64,000 bases of DNA, taken from positions 1 through 64,000 of IMG/VR virus record IMGVR_UViG_3300012665_000674; one strand, written 5' to 3'. Numbering within the stretch: the first letter of the stretch is position 1; each line of letters opens with the position of its first letter. Source of the DNA: a virus (Duplodnaviria > Caudoviricetes). The position numbers were made by a program, and so were the translations under genes. Positions 39,379 to 49,184 of this stretch are shown in pieces. The notes below the pieces were generated by a model. It made no database searches and was not told the DNA's origin. It worked only from the letters and a program-made list of their open reading frames with translations.

Positions 39379-40003
39379 TTATATTGCATATTGCTTTATG
39401 CAAATCATCAATGGTTCCGTTATTATCAATGTTATAATCATACGTAATACCTACACTAGAATATTCACTTGCATGAACTTTATGTTTGTCTAAAAACGTT
39501 TTACTCAATGACCATTTGCTATTTCCGTCAGGACCTAAATTATATGCAACTGCCGAGTCGTACCAATCAGGTTGCTTTCCCCTGACTACTCGCATAGTAA
39601 TACCCCCGGCATTTTTTATTGCCGATACCTCATTTGTAAACCTGCAATCAGTGATCACAATGTCCTCAACTGATTTTAATATCTTGTATTCAACTGAGGC
39701 AACCCAAATATCAGTATGGAAGTTATTACGGCATACATCTGTTCCCCAGTATTGTAGTACCCAACGTGGTGTTAAGTGTGGCATTTTTAATCGTTCTGCC
39801 CACCAAGGATCTACTTGCTCACGCCATATTCTACTGGCTTTAGTTGTACCCTCTAACATTTCTCTGTCCCAACCAAATACTGCTGAGACTGCATCTTTCA
39901 AACTTGCCGCAAAACTAACTCGTTTGAAACCTTTATGTGTACAAAGATAGTCAGCTATTGTGTCCTTGCCACTACCTATTAAACCAGTTACGCCTATAAT
40001 CAT
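39341..40003 (-). CDS. Deoxynucleoside monophosphate kinase (T4 gp1-like)
   Basis: GLIGSGKDT, SFA..LKD, TPR..LQ..GT, TDCRF.NE, HASE. Confidence 0.9.
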   Translation of the reverse strand: MIIGVTGLIGSGKDTIADYLCTHKGFKRVSFAASLKDAVSAVFGWDREMLEGTTKASRIWREQVDPWWAERLKMPHLTPRWVLQYWGTDVCRNNFHTDIWVASVEYKILKSVEDIVITDCRFTNEVSAIKNAGGITMRVVRGKQPDWYDSAVAYNLGPDGNSKWSLSKTFLDKHKVHASEYSSVGITYDYNIDNNGTIDDLHKAICNIISNQSQDHHVSM

Positions 40004-40066
40004 AAAAGAAAAACTCCTGTAGTATTTATTATATTACAGGAGTGTGAATAAAGAAAGTAGTTTAGG

Positions 40067-40864
40067 TTAACCTTGTACCCAAGTCAACGGTTGACTGTAA
40101 TCTACATATCGTTTCAATTCGTCAATCAATTGCTCCACTGCGGCTTTACCTTCTGCCTTCATAGCAGTTCCGTTTAATGTTGATCCGCCACCTGGCCCTG
40201 CAATGGTGCCGAATTTTTCACGTGCTTCACCTATAATTATTTTAAGATTAGCTAAAATAAAATCACTAATCCAAACCCCAGCACCAGGATCTTGTAACAG
40301 TACTTCTTCTGGACGTTGAACATCAGCCCAAATAAGAATACGCTCACCGGACCCTTTTGGATCACGCACAATTCTTAATACTTTGGTAACTGGATCAAAG
40401 GTATAAGTTACATATCCGCCGAACATACGTGCAGCCAATTCAACATATCCTGCATAGAAATCATATGTTGCCATTCCACCTGCATGATTGTAATTTAGCA
40501 AGTAAGTGTTCAAAATAGCACTTGAGAACGGATCAAAACTACTTGAACCGGGGCCAGTTTCAAGTCCAACAGTTCTACGATACAAACATCTTACATTAAT
40601 AAACTCTTGTGGTAATGTATATGTATCTACATTTTTTACTATTGTCATCAAGGTGTATGATTCGGCTGTGGCATTTTGCGCTCGTTGACGATAGACTTTT
40701 ATAGCATAGTTGTATGCAGCCTCATAATGTTGAGGGTCTAACTCAATATCAATAATACCATTACCTAAACGATAACCTAGATTACTAAAAAGTGCCTCTT
40801 TTAATTCATCTAGTGTTAAACCGGCAGGGGTAGAAAGTGGACTTGCTGTTGGAGATGTTGACAT
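40067..40864 (-). CDS. Neck protein (gp13-like)
   Basis: LG...IDIELD, GEAREKF...GPGG..LNG. Confidence 0.75.
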   Translation of the reverse strand: MSTSPTASPLSTPAGLTLDELKEALFSNLGYRLGNGIIDIELDPQHYEAAYNYAIKVYRQRAQNATAESYTLMTIVKNVDTYTLPQEFINVRCLYRRTVGLETGPGSSSFDPFSSAILNTYLLNYNHAGGMATYDFYAGYVELAARMFGGYVTYTFDPVTKVLRIVRDPKGSGERILIWADVQRPEEVLLQDPGAGVWISDFILANLKIIIGEAREKFGTIAGPGGGSTLNGTAMKAEGKAAVEQLIDELKRYVDYSQPLTWVQG

Positions 40865-40905
40865 GTTGTTACCTAATAATTGTATTTATCAGGTAACGCT
40901 ATGTA

Positions 40906-41325
40906 TTACAAATCACCCTCTTTGCGATTTTCTGAGTAGTGGGCATCAAAAGAACCACCTGGATAGCGTGATTCTAATTTACGAACGTTCTCATCAATGA
41001 CTTCGTTAGGGTCTAGGTGAAGTGCCCTACAGGCGTTAATCCAGTACCACATTACGTCACCGAGTTCACGCTTCATGTGAAAGATATTTTCTTCATTCAA
41101 TGGCTTGCCCTGAAAGAAAATCTTCTTAGGAATCTCAATGAACTCACCTGACTCAGCCGCAAGTCCTAAACATGCAGTCAATAGCAACGGAACGTTGATA
41201 TCAGGTCCACCGTCATTACCATCTAGCTCGTCACAACGATCCATGAATGCTGTTAAGCTATTACTTGGCTGACTGGTTACAGCCTCTACAAAATCTTTGT
41301 ATTTGTTTAAATCGATATTACTCAA
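40906..41325 (-). CDS. mazG: MazG-like NTP pyrophosphohydrolase
   Basis: GLAAESGEF..I.KK, ELGDVMWY, N..KL..RY. Confidence 0.88.
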   Translation of the reverse strand: MSNIDLNKYKDFVEAVTSQPSNSLTAFMDRCDELDGNDGGPDINVPLLLTACLGLAAESGEFIEIPKKIFFQGKPLNEENIFHMKRELGDVMWYWINACRALHLDPNEVIDENVRKLESRYPGGSFDAHYSENRKEGDL

Positions 41326-41564
41326 ATGGGTTCCCCTTTATAAACTTTAAATAACACATCGCCTGCAGCCTTGTCGAAAGTACTGCCCCAATCAGCGATG
41401 GTTTGCATATCTTCTTTTTCGTCATATCCGTTACCTACACCAATGTAGTATTTGTAATCGGCGTTACCTGTTTGACGATACAGTGACACTTCTTCATCTT
41501 CAATGAATTGAACGATACCAATAGTCTTTCGTCCACTAAACCAACGTACACCTAAAATTTTCAT
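41322..41564 (-). CDS. Hypothetical protein
   Basis: 80-aa ORF coupled by GGAGTTGAAGAATGA. Confidence 0.6.
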   Translation of the reverse strand: MKILGVRWFSGRKTIGIVQFIEDEEVSLYRQTGNADYKYYIGVGNGYDEKEDMQTIADWGSTFDKAAGDVLFKVYKGEPI

Positions 41565-41791
41565 TCTTCAACTCCGTTATGTTTAATTCCAAATAGTTGT
41601 TCAATCTGTTCTACAGCATCGTAGTGTGTGTCAAATGTGCGGGGCTTGGTATAACCATCAACAACATCCATACAATCCCGAACAATCAACTCGGCGAACT
41701 TTTCAGTAAACTCTTTAGGCAAATCAAAGTCTACATGGTCGGGAATTGCCTTAATAGCCTCAGAGATAAGTTTTTCAATTCGTTCGTTCAT
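41561..41791 (-). CDS. Small MNE...EKFAELIVR...GVEE family protein (copy 2)
   Basis: Paralog of 41788..42015. Confidence 0.7.
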   Translation of the reverse strand: MNERIEKLISEAIKAIPDHVDFDLPKEFTEKFAELIVRDCMDVVDGYTKPRTFDTHYDAVEQIEQLFGIKHNGVEE

Positions 41792-42015
41792 TCTTCAACT
41801 CCGAAATGTTTTAGTAAATCATTACCATTTCTAACATCCCCGTTGATAGCATACTCATTCATAAATGAGGCACATTCCCTAACAATCAGCTCGGCGAACT
41901 TTTCTGTCATAATGTCGCTACGCAAAACACCATTAGCATCCCGAGACTGTCCGTTGCATTTCTCTTGGGCAAACATCAACGCCTGGCGTTTCAGTTCATC
42001 AATTTGTTCGTTCAT
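41788..42015 (-). CDS. Small MNE...EKFAELIVR...GVEE family protein (copy 1)
   Basis: Paralog of 41561..41791. Confidence 0.7.
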   Translation of the reverse strand: MNEQIDELKRQALMFAQEKCNGQSRDANGVLRSDIMTEKFAELIVRECASFMNEYAINGDVRNGNDLLKHFGVEE

Positions 42016-43166
42016 TAGAATGCCTTCAGAATAATCATGTTCTCGTTGAATCGACCATTAGGTACTGCACCAACTGCTTTAATATCTTTAAAGTACTTAC
42101 GTGCCGCAGGCTTGCTACCCATAATTTCTTTAATCTGTTCACCGGGCTTACGTAGTGTTTTCATTTCACTTGCATTGTTGTCAAAACCCAATACTGTATT
42201 ACCTTTTACAGTAAATACCTTGCTATATTCATCGGCAATATAGTGATGCATTTTACGTTTTGCAGTATCATACACCCATGCCTCACTTGCACCATGCAAC
42301 TTAGTTGGATGTACACTAATCAAATCAAGTTTATTAGCTGGGTCTTTGAATACTTTCAAGTACTTAAGTTTACTAACAATCTTCTCAACAGGAACTGCTT
42401 TACGTTTGCGTGGCGCCTTGCTTGCTTTCTTAATTGAGATATAACTGTTCAGGTCACTCAACACTTGTTCAATAAATTTAATTGTATTACGCAATTTAAC
42501 TTTGCCCAAATAACTATAGGCTTCGTTCAATTGTTCATCATTACCTTCAGAGACTTCATTAAATTCATCAAACTTGCGTTTCCAAATGTCAACAATCAAT
42601 GGAATGTGTTGGGGCAAAACGCTAAATTTAGCAACAATGTCAACTGTTTTTTGTGTGACTTTACCTTCGGTAATCCAGTCATCAAAAATACTTTCAAGTT
42701 CACCTGCCGCATCAAACGCCTTTTCACGCATAATTTCCTGAACGTTAGGACGATTGGTTGGTTCTTTTTCTACTACTTCGGGTTTATGTACAAGTTTATA
42801 CAGACGGCTAATTTCATTTTCAAGGGTAAGTGACTCATGTTCATTGAGTTCTAATCCACGCATTGTCATACGTGCTAGCCAGCACAATGTCATTAAAAAT
42901 TCACTTTCATGAACCTTACGAATATGTTTGGCTTCGGTAGTGCGGTCGTTATGTTCCAAATACAAACACAACAATTCTTTTGCATCTTTTTTACCGTAGA
43001 AACGATTATACCAAGTAAAACCATAAGTTAATGCTAGTGTTCTACCTTTCTCATCCGGTTGTAGCGGGAAAAAGGGTTCTTCACCCATGTATTTTGTATC
43101 GGCATCCCGAGGGTTCAATGCTTTAACAAAATGATCACTTGTTTGTTTGGGTTTACGTGTTGCCAT
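42015..43166 (-). CDS. Hypothetical early protein
   Basis: Start MATRKPK after AGGAG; consensus promoter upstream. Confidence 0.7.
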   Translation of the reverse strand: MATRKPKQTSDHFVKALNPRDADTKYMGEEPFFPLQPDEKGRTLALTYGFTWYNRFYGKKDAKELLCLYLEHNDRTTEAKHIRKVHESEFLMTLCWLARMTMRGLELNEHESLTLENEISRLYKLVHKPEVVEKEPTNRPNVQEIMREKAFDAAGELESIFDDWITEGKVTQKTVDIVAKFSVLPQHIPLIVDIWKRKFDEFNEVSEGNDEQLNEAYSYLGKVKLRNTIKFIEQVLSDLNSYISIKKASKAPRKRKAVPVEKIVSKLKYLKVFKDPANKLDLISVHPTKLHGASEAWVYDTAKRKMHHYIADEYSKVFTVKGNTVLGFDNNASEMKTLRKPGEQIKEIMGSKPAARKYFKDIKAVGAVPNGRFNENMIILKAF

Positions 43167-43191
43167 AGTTGCTCCTGTTAACAATAGATTA

Positions 43192-43220
43192 ATTATATAT
43201 CAATTTCTATTATTTGTCAA
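43192..43220 (-). promoter_or_regulatory. Consensus sigma70 promoter
   Basis: TTGACA-17 nt-TATAAT. Confidence 0.85.
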
Positions 43221-43908
43221 CCTTGCCAAAAATAATACTTGAGTATTCAATATATTGAGTATGCATTTTGCGACAAATTTCAGGAAGTTCAAATCCTAAA
43301 TTTGTCTTGATCGTGTCATAGATATAGTCATACCCGTCTATAGTATAAAATATATCAGTATCTATGGTGAAAATTTTATCCGAATCAATCTTAGCATTCC
43401 TTACAAATATTTCTTTTTCGTACAATAATTGAACAGTAGTACCCTGATAATGCATATCATCTGATTCCCCTTTATGCCACGGACCATTACGCATTCTATC
43501 ATTTACTAATTTATTTGACCCTGTGGGTTTGCTAAAAAGACAGAAGATTTTTTGTTTATATGGATTGAGATATCCTTGATGATTGTTAATCAAATATTCC
43601 ATTGCATGTGAACAAAATATATAGGGCTCTTTGTGATTAAGAATTTTTGATTCAAACTCTTTTAACTGACTTAATTGCAAATTCTCTAAATCACTAAAAT
43701 GTGCAGTACAACCATGAATGGCGTTTCCTATATTGTCAGCAAAAAAATATTGGTATTTACGTGCTACACTCTCGTAATAATTGTCATGCGTATATCTAGG
43801 AGCAAAAACAGGGTGCATACTAAGTAAGTTAGCAAAATGATTTCCACCTGTACCGGGAGGGAAGATTAAAAACAGATTTTTTGATTGTCTAAAGATATCA
43901 GGTTTCAT
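43210..43908 (-). CDS. Hypothetical protein (possible sulfotransferase/P-loop-like fold)
   Basis: N-terminal FPPGTGGNHFANLL. Confidence 0.45.
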   Translation of the reverse strand: MKPDIFRQSKNLFLIFPPGTGGNHFANLLSMHPVFAPRYTHDNYYESVARKYQYFFADNIGNAIHGCTAHFSDLENLQLSQLKEFESKILNHKEPYIFCSHAMEYLINNHQGYLNPYKQKIFCLFSKPTGSNKLVNDRMRNGPWHKGESDDMHYQGTTVQLLYEKEIFVRNAKIDSDKIFTIDTDIFYTIDGYDYIYDTIKTNLGFELPEICRKMHTQYIEYSSIIFGKVDK

Positions 43909-43913
43909 AGATA

Positions 43914-43929
43914 TATTTACTGATAAATA
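43914..43929. promoter_or_regulatory. Back-to-back divergent late promoters
   Basis: GTAAATA on minus (43914-43920) and GATAAATA on plus (43922-43929). Confidence 0.65.
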
Positions 43930-43949
43930 AGTGATAAAGTAAAAATAAT

Positions 43950-45665
43950 ATGCCTAGACTATCGCTTTGGCGCCCCAATAAAACAAATGACTATAATTTC
44001 TTTGATAGAACCATATCAGAGATGTTTACCGCTGGGTCTACCGACTTATATGTACATAAATATTTAGGCCCGACTGATCAGGGTGCTTCTATTGATTATA
44101 CACAACCACAATATGATGTACTAAATCCTACAAACATTCAAGATTTGTTATTTTTAGAAAACAGAGATAGAAGTTATGATCCCAATGTTTATAGACTACG
44201 TGGTCACTATAATGTACAAAATTTAGACTTTGATTTGTCACAGTTTGGATTATTCTTAAATAATGACATTATTTTTATCACTGTTCATTACAATGACATG
44301 ATAGACTTAGTTGGTAGAAAATTAATGGTTGGGGATGTAATTGAACTTCCGCACTTATTAGATTACAATCCACTCAAAGAAACTATCCCCGTAGCATTAA
44401 AACGTTTTATGCAAATCACTGATGCGAATTATGCATCGGAAGGTTTTAGTCCAACATGGTTCCCTCATCTATGGCGCATTAAATGTGAACCACTAGTTGA
44501 TAGTGAAGAATTCAGTCAGATACTATCCGAGCCAATTAACCAAGACAATTATTTAGGTATATGGGATAAAACTAAAACTTATCCTGCAGGATATGTAATT
44601 ACGTTTGGTGATAAAAACTATATTTCAAAAACTGAAGTTCCTGCTGGTACAATGCCACCTAACGACACATATTGGGAACTTGATACTGCAAGCAACTTAA
44701 AAGATATACTTGCTACATACAATAAAAATATTGATATCAATAATGCTGTATTAGAAGAGGCTGCTAGGTTAGTACCTAAAGCAGGTTACGATAGAAGTAA
44801 TTTATACATTGTCCCTACATACGGTGAATTTGAAAGTAATAGCCAACTTAGTCAAAAGAACAATCAACCCGCACCCCCTGTTAATGTAGTAGTAGATAGT
44901 GCAGGCGCACCCGGAACTGTATCTACTACAGGTACTGTCACATATATTAGTAGCGCAAACTATAGAAATGCTAGTCCGGTAATTAAAATTTCAAAAGCTG
45001 CAATTCAAAGTATCTGGGATATGACTGCTGATATGGGATATGAAAAACTAGATATATTCAATACAGTTAATTTAGAAAAAATTAAAGTAGCACCACAAAG
45101 AACAGATAGCAATTCAGGACCGGTAAGCGGAGACAATATATTGTCTGTGTATTCAATGGGTCAAATAACAGGTCCATATGGTACTGCTGATAATACATAT
45201 GCAACTGCTGATCAAAATCCTGAGTTACCTGGATTTACTGGTACTATTAGTACTGAGATGGATTTTAGAGCAGACTGTGATCCAGCATTTCAATATATTG
45301 CTCGTAGTAGTCCAAGAAGTTTCGGTTATTCTACTGGATACTTAGATGGAACCGCTGAGGCACCAAATGGATTCCCCACAGGTGCAGGTATTAGTTTCCC
45401 GCAAAATCCACAAGTAGGTGATTATTACTTACGCATTGATTATTTCCCACAGATATTATATCGTTGGAATGGAAGATTATGGGTTAGAATTTCTACAAAT
45501 GTACGCACCGAGACTGGATTTACTCAACTTGATCAATCACAGTTGTCAGGATTTATTAATAATACAAATGAAACTAAGTTAACTGACGGAACATTTGTTC
45601 CACAACGTCAAGCATTGTCTACAATATTGACGTTAGCTCCAGATACATTACCACCGCAAACATAA
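43950..45665 (+). CDS. Neck protein (gp14-like) with C-terminal extensions
   Basis: LSQFGLF..D.I.IT, GDVIELP; adjacent to gp15-like gene. Confidence 0.6.
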   Translation: MPRLSLWRPNKTNDYNFFDRTISEMFTAGSTDLYVHKYLGPTDQGASIDYTQPQYDVLNPTNIQDLLFLENRDRSYDPNVYRLRGHYNVQNLDFDLSQFGLFLNNDIIFITVHYNDMIDLVGRKLMVGDVIELPHLLDYNPLKETIPVALKRFMQITDANYASEGFSPTWFPHLWRIKCEPLVDSEEFSQILSEPINQDNYLGIWDKTKTYPAGYVITFGDKNYISKTEVPAGTMPPNDTYWELDTASNLKDILATYNKNIDINNAVLEEAARLVPKAGYDRSNLYIVPTYGEFESNSQLSQKNNQPAPPVNVVVDSAGAPGTVSTTGTVTYISSANYRNASPVIKISKAAIQSIWDMTADMGYEKLDIFNTVNLEKIKVAPQRTDSNSGPVSGDNILSVYSMGQITGPYGTADNTYATADQNPELPGFTGTISTEMDFRADCDPAFQYIARSSPRSFGYSTGYLDGTAEAPNGFPTGAGISFPQNPQVGDYYLRIDYFPQILYRWNGRLWVRISTNVRTETGFTQLDQSQLSGFINNTNETKLTDGTFVPQRQALSTILTLAPDTLPPQT

Positions 45666-45674
45666 AGAATATAA

Positions 45675-47051
45675 ATGGCACAATTTTTCTATGACAATCA
45701 GATACGCAGATTTTTAATTCAATTTGCAAAGATTTTTAGTAACTGGCAAGTTACTAAAGGTAAAGATCCGGCAGGCAATGAAATACTTGTTCGTGTGCCA
45801 GTTATGTATGGTGATAGCAGTAGACAAGCTAGTACTATCATTGCCAATAATAGTTCAAGTAATCTTCCTAGTGCACCACTAATTACATATTATATTAGTG
45901 GATTAGAGTACGATCAAAGGCGTACACAAGACCCTACATTTATTGACACAGTAAATGTTCGTCAACGTGCGTATGATAGTGAAACACAAACGTATGAACA
46001 AACACAAGGACAAGCATTTACTGTTGAACGATTAATGCCAGTGCCCTATACATTAAGAATTACTGTAGATTTTTGGACTACTAATTACAATCAAAAACTT
46101 GAACTAGTTGAACAAATTGGCACGTTGTTTAATCCAGCATTAGAAATTCAAAGTACTGATAATTTTATTGATTGGACTTCTCTTAGTGTAGTTTATCAGG
46201 ACGGATTAACTTTTAGCAGTCGTAGTATTCCTCAGGGTACAGGTAATCCCATTGATGTATTGACTTGGAAATTCTATATGCCAATATGGATTAGTACAGC
46301 AAGTAAACTTAAGAAGATGGGTGTTATTGAAAAGATTATTGCAAGTATTTTTATGGGAAAATCTTTAACAGATATGCAAGATGAAGATTTGTTGTTGGGT
46401 ACTAGACAAAAGATTACTCCATACGGATACAAGGTATTGTTATTGGGTAATACATTGCAAATATTACCACAAGCTATAGCATTTGACCCTAATAATATAA
46501 GTTTAGATGATCCAACCCCACCCAACACAGACGTTTATTGGTCAAGTGTGTTAAACGTGTACGGAACCATCAAGCCTGGTATAAGTCAAATATGGTTACA
46601 AAATCCATATATGGAAACAGATATTGTTGGTACAATTGTACCTGATCCAGTTGATGATAGATTATTAATCTATAATATAGATCCAGATACCCTGCCACAA
46701 AACACATTGGACCCTGTCGACGGTGTAATTAATCCTCTTGTCACTGGGCCAAACGCAGGGTTACCTGGACCTATTAATGGCCGTAGATATCTTATTGTTG
46801 AAGATATAGGACATCCAGGTGATCCTACTTTGGCATGGGGTAATTTGGTTGCCCGTGCTAATGATATTATTCAATTTGATTCAACTACAATGGAATGGTC
46901 TGTAGCATTTGATGCAAATGCATCTACTATTACTACGCTTGAATATGTTACTAACTTAACAACAGGTGTTCAATATAGATTTGTTGATAACATTTGGATG
47001 AAGTCGTATGAAGGCTGGTATGGTGAGGGAGATTATTCTATTGTGATATGA
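45675..47051 (+). CDS. Tail sheath stabiliser / terminator (gp15-like) with C-terminal extension
   Basis: FFYD.QIRRF..QF..IFSN, VPV.YG, PVPY.L, EQI..LFNP. Confidence 0.8.
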   Translation: MAQFFYDNQIRRFLIQFAKIFSNWQVTKGKDPAGNEILVRVPVMYGDSSRQASTIIANNSSSNLPSAPLITYYISGLEYDQRRTQDPTFIDTVNVRQRAYDSETQTYEQTQGQAFTVERLMPVPYTLRITVDFWTTNYNQKLELVEQIGTLFNPALEIQSTDNFIDWTSLSVVYQDGLTFSSRSIPQGTGNPIDVLTWKFYMPIWISTASKLKKMGVIEKIIASIFMGKSLTDMQDEDLLLGTRQKITPYGYKVLLLGNTLQILPQAIAFDPNNISLDDPTPPNTDVYWSSVLNVYGTIKPGISQIWLQNPYMETDIVGTIVPDPVDDRLLIYNIDPDTLPQNTLDPVDGVINPLVTGPNAGLPGPINGRRYLIVEDIGHPGDPTLAWGNLVARANDIIQFDSTTMEWSVAFDANASTITTLEYVTNLTTGVQYRFVDNIWMKSYEGWYGEGDYSIVI

Positions 47052-47069
47052 TTTGTGATAAATCATATT

Positions 47070-47486
47070 ATGAAGAATCAATCCGCTGGCGTTTTCTTTT
47101 ATAACCATAATACAAAACGTTTTCTATATCTATTAAGAACTGATAGCAAGAACCCAGGCAACTGGGGAATTCCTGGTGGAAAAATAGAATTAGATGAAAC
47201 ATTACTAGAAGGTATTGCTAGAGAATGTGAAGAAGAAATTGGCTTCTTTCCAAAAAATGCTAAATTAATACCTATACAAAAGTTTATCAATAATAATTTT
47301 ATCTACCATACGTTCTTTTGTGAAGTTGACAATGAATTCATTCCAAAGTTAAATGAAGAACATTGTGGGTATGCTTGGGTGGGTGAAGGACAATATCCTA
47401 AGCCATTGCATCCAGGATTATTCAGCACTTTCAACTTTGACATTGTACAAGAAAAATTGAACGCACTAACAAAAAAAGAGACCTAA
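47070..47486 (+). CDS. Nudix hydrolase
   Basis: PGGKIELDETLLEGIARECEEEIG Nudix box; LNEEH..YAW. Confidence 0.9.
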   Translation: MKNQSAGVFFYNHNTKRFLYLLRTDSKNPGNWGIPGGKIELDETLLEGIARECEEEIGFFPKNAKLIPIQKFINNNFIYHTFFCEVDNEFIPKLNEEHCGYAWVGEGQYPKPLHPGLFSTFNFDIVQEKLNALTKKET

Positions 47487-47498
47487 GTCTCTTTTTTT
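47471..47498. terminator. Bidirectional intrinsic terminator
   Basis: AAAAAAAGAGAC-CTAA-GTCTCTTTTTTT between convergent genes. Confidence 0.85.
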
Positions 47499-47802
47499 AT
47501 TTTAGCAATTTTGCTATTACATCGAATCCTAACGATCCTACGACAACACCTGCTCCCATTAACATCCAGCGCCATTTCTCAAGTGCTGAAACTTTGTTAG
47601 CAAGTTTTTCATGTGCTTGTGTATCTTCTTCACGCATTGATTTAAGAAGGTTTCTTGTTTCTTCTGCGTTCCGATCTAAGCATTCATGTATTTGCTTCAA
47701 GTCCTCTTTAATCTCACCGACTTTATCTTCGATGTTTTTAACTTGAACTTGAAGCACTGCTATTTCAGTCTCAGATTGAATCTTAAGTCTAGCTGCTGGC
47801 AT
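47497..47802 (-). CDS. Coiled-coil protein with C-terminal TM helix
   Basis: Heptad repeats followed by KWRWMLMGAGVVVG. Confidence 0.6.
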   Translation of the reverse strand: MPAARLKIQSETEIAVLQVQVKNIEDKVGEIKEDLKQIHECLDRNAEETRNLLKSMREEDTQAHEKLANKVSALEKWRWMLMGAGVVVGSLGFDVIAKLLK

Positions 47803-47804
47803 AA

Positions 47805-49079
47805 TTAGGCACTAGCGATTTGTACGATTTCGTACGGCTGACCACCGTATGTGTTTGCCGCTTCTGCTGTATTGAATGTAGCAAATACTGGGGTAGCATT
47901 CTGGAATACAATGTTACCAGTAGCGATTGGACCCGATGTAGCAGTAAACAACTCACCAGTGTGGTCAGAAAGACTTTGAACTGTTTGAGTAGCACTGTTA
48001 GCATATGTAGCAAGAATACGCATTGTGTTTGGTGTCAATGCTGTGTTTGCAAGGTTAGCTGTAAAGCACTGCGCTGTTAAACCACTTGTTGAACCTGTTA
48101 CTAGATATTTTTGTTTGCCTTTTTGACGAACAATAAAACCAGCTTCATCGTTTGCATATACATATGCCGCATTACTTGCAATAACGTTAGCATTAGCAGA
48201 TAAAACAACACGATTCATAATTGCATTACCGGTTACAGATGCATTAGCTGTAAGAGTTACTAGTGGACCGCCTTGTGAAGCTGATACTGTAAATGCGGCA
48301 GCATTAGCAATAGTTTTAACAAAGTATGTTGTACCTGAAGTTAAACCACCAAAACTTGCATCAAATACGATTGGCATATCTGCACTAAGAGTTTCAGCAT
48401 TACCTGAAGTTCCGATAATACTACCTGATACTGTTGTATTAGCAACTGCTACAGTAACATTACCTTTTGTTGAACTTGCAAAACCTAAATTAACAAAATC
48501 AGTGCTACCGTTAATATTAGCTTGAGCAATTTGAACTGCTGCACCAGTAGTTAAGTTAGCAAGATCAGTACCTACACCTGCTACTACATTACTTGTATTA
48601 ACTGTTAATGGTGTATATAATGTACCAGTGCCATTGATACCAATAGCAACTTGTGCTAATACTTGTTTACCAACGATAGCTGTGTTACCACCAACTACAG
48701 AATATGTGTTAGCGTTTGTTGCAGGGAAGCCAGCACCACCATTTGGATTGTTGAAATATGCATCAACAACAGCAAAAGATGCTAAAACTGTCTGACCTGT
48801 TGTGTCAGTTAATGTAGCTAAAACTTGTGGTTGAACACTAGGATCAGTAGTTGCCGCAACAAACGTTGTGTTTGATGCAATTGAACTAACATAGTATGTC
48901 ACACCGGCTGTTAAACCACCAACTGTGGTTGCTACTACGAACGGCATACCTTTTATGATACCAACTGTAGGGGAAGTAGTTAAGTTTCCACCGGATATTG
49001 TAACGATACTGCCTGTTTGTGCTGTATCAGTAATTGTTAAGACTGCTTGAGCCTTTGCGATTTTTAGAGGACGTCCCAT
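47805..49079 (-). CDS. Virion structural protein
   Basis: MGRPLK N-terminus; FIVRQKG.QKYLV; A/T/N-rich; late promoter and structured leader. Confidence 0.7.
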   Translation of the reverse strand: MGRPLKIAKAQAVLTITDTAQTGSIVTISGGNLTTSPTVGIIKGMPFVVATTVGGLTAGVTYYVSSIASNTTFVAATTDPSVQPQVLATLTDTTGQTVLASFAVVDAYFNNPNGGAGFPATNANTYSVVGGNTAIVGKQVLAQVAIGINGTGTLYTPLTVNTSNVVAGVGTDLANLTTGAAVQIAQANINGSTDFVNLGFASSTKGNVTVAVANTTVSGSIIGTSGNAETLSADMPIVFDASFGGLTSGTTYFVKTIANAAAFTVSASQGGPLVTLTANASVTGNAIMNRVVLSANANVIASNAAYVYANDEAGFIVRQKGKQKYLVTGSTSGLTAQCFTANLANTALTPNTMRILATYANSATQTVQSLSDHTGELFTATSGPIATGNIVFQNATPVFATFNTAEAANTYGGQPYEIVQIASA

Positions 49080-49098
49080 TTGATTTTCCTTATAAAAT

Positions 49099-49153
49099 TA
49101 GCGGGTTCTAGCCGCTACGCAGTGGGTACTGCATAAACTTGCCGAATGCAAGT
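49099..49153 (-). ncRNA. Three-hairpin structured 5' leader (candidate cis-regulatory RNA)
   Basis: ACTTGC-ATTCG-GCAAGT; TATGCAGT-ACCC-ACTGCGTA; TAGCGG-CTAGAAC-CCGCTA; lies between GATAAATA (49162-49169) and the AAGGA SD. Confidence 0.6.
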
Positions 49154-49184
49154 GTATTTTATATTTATCTAAAAGGTAAGATTT

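Noticed and set aside
49099-49153. tRNA gene
   Set aside because: No acceptor stem enclosing the three hairpins and no canonical D or T arm arrangement
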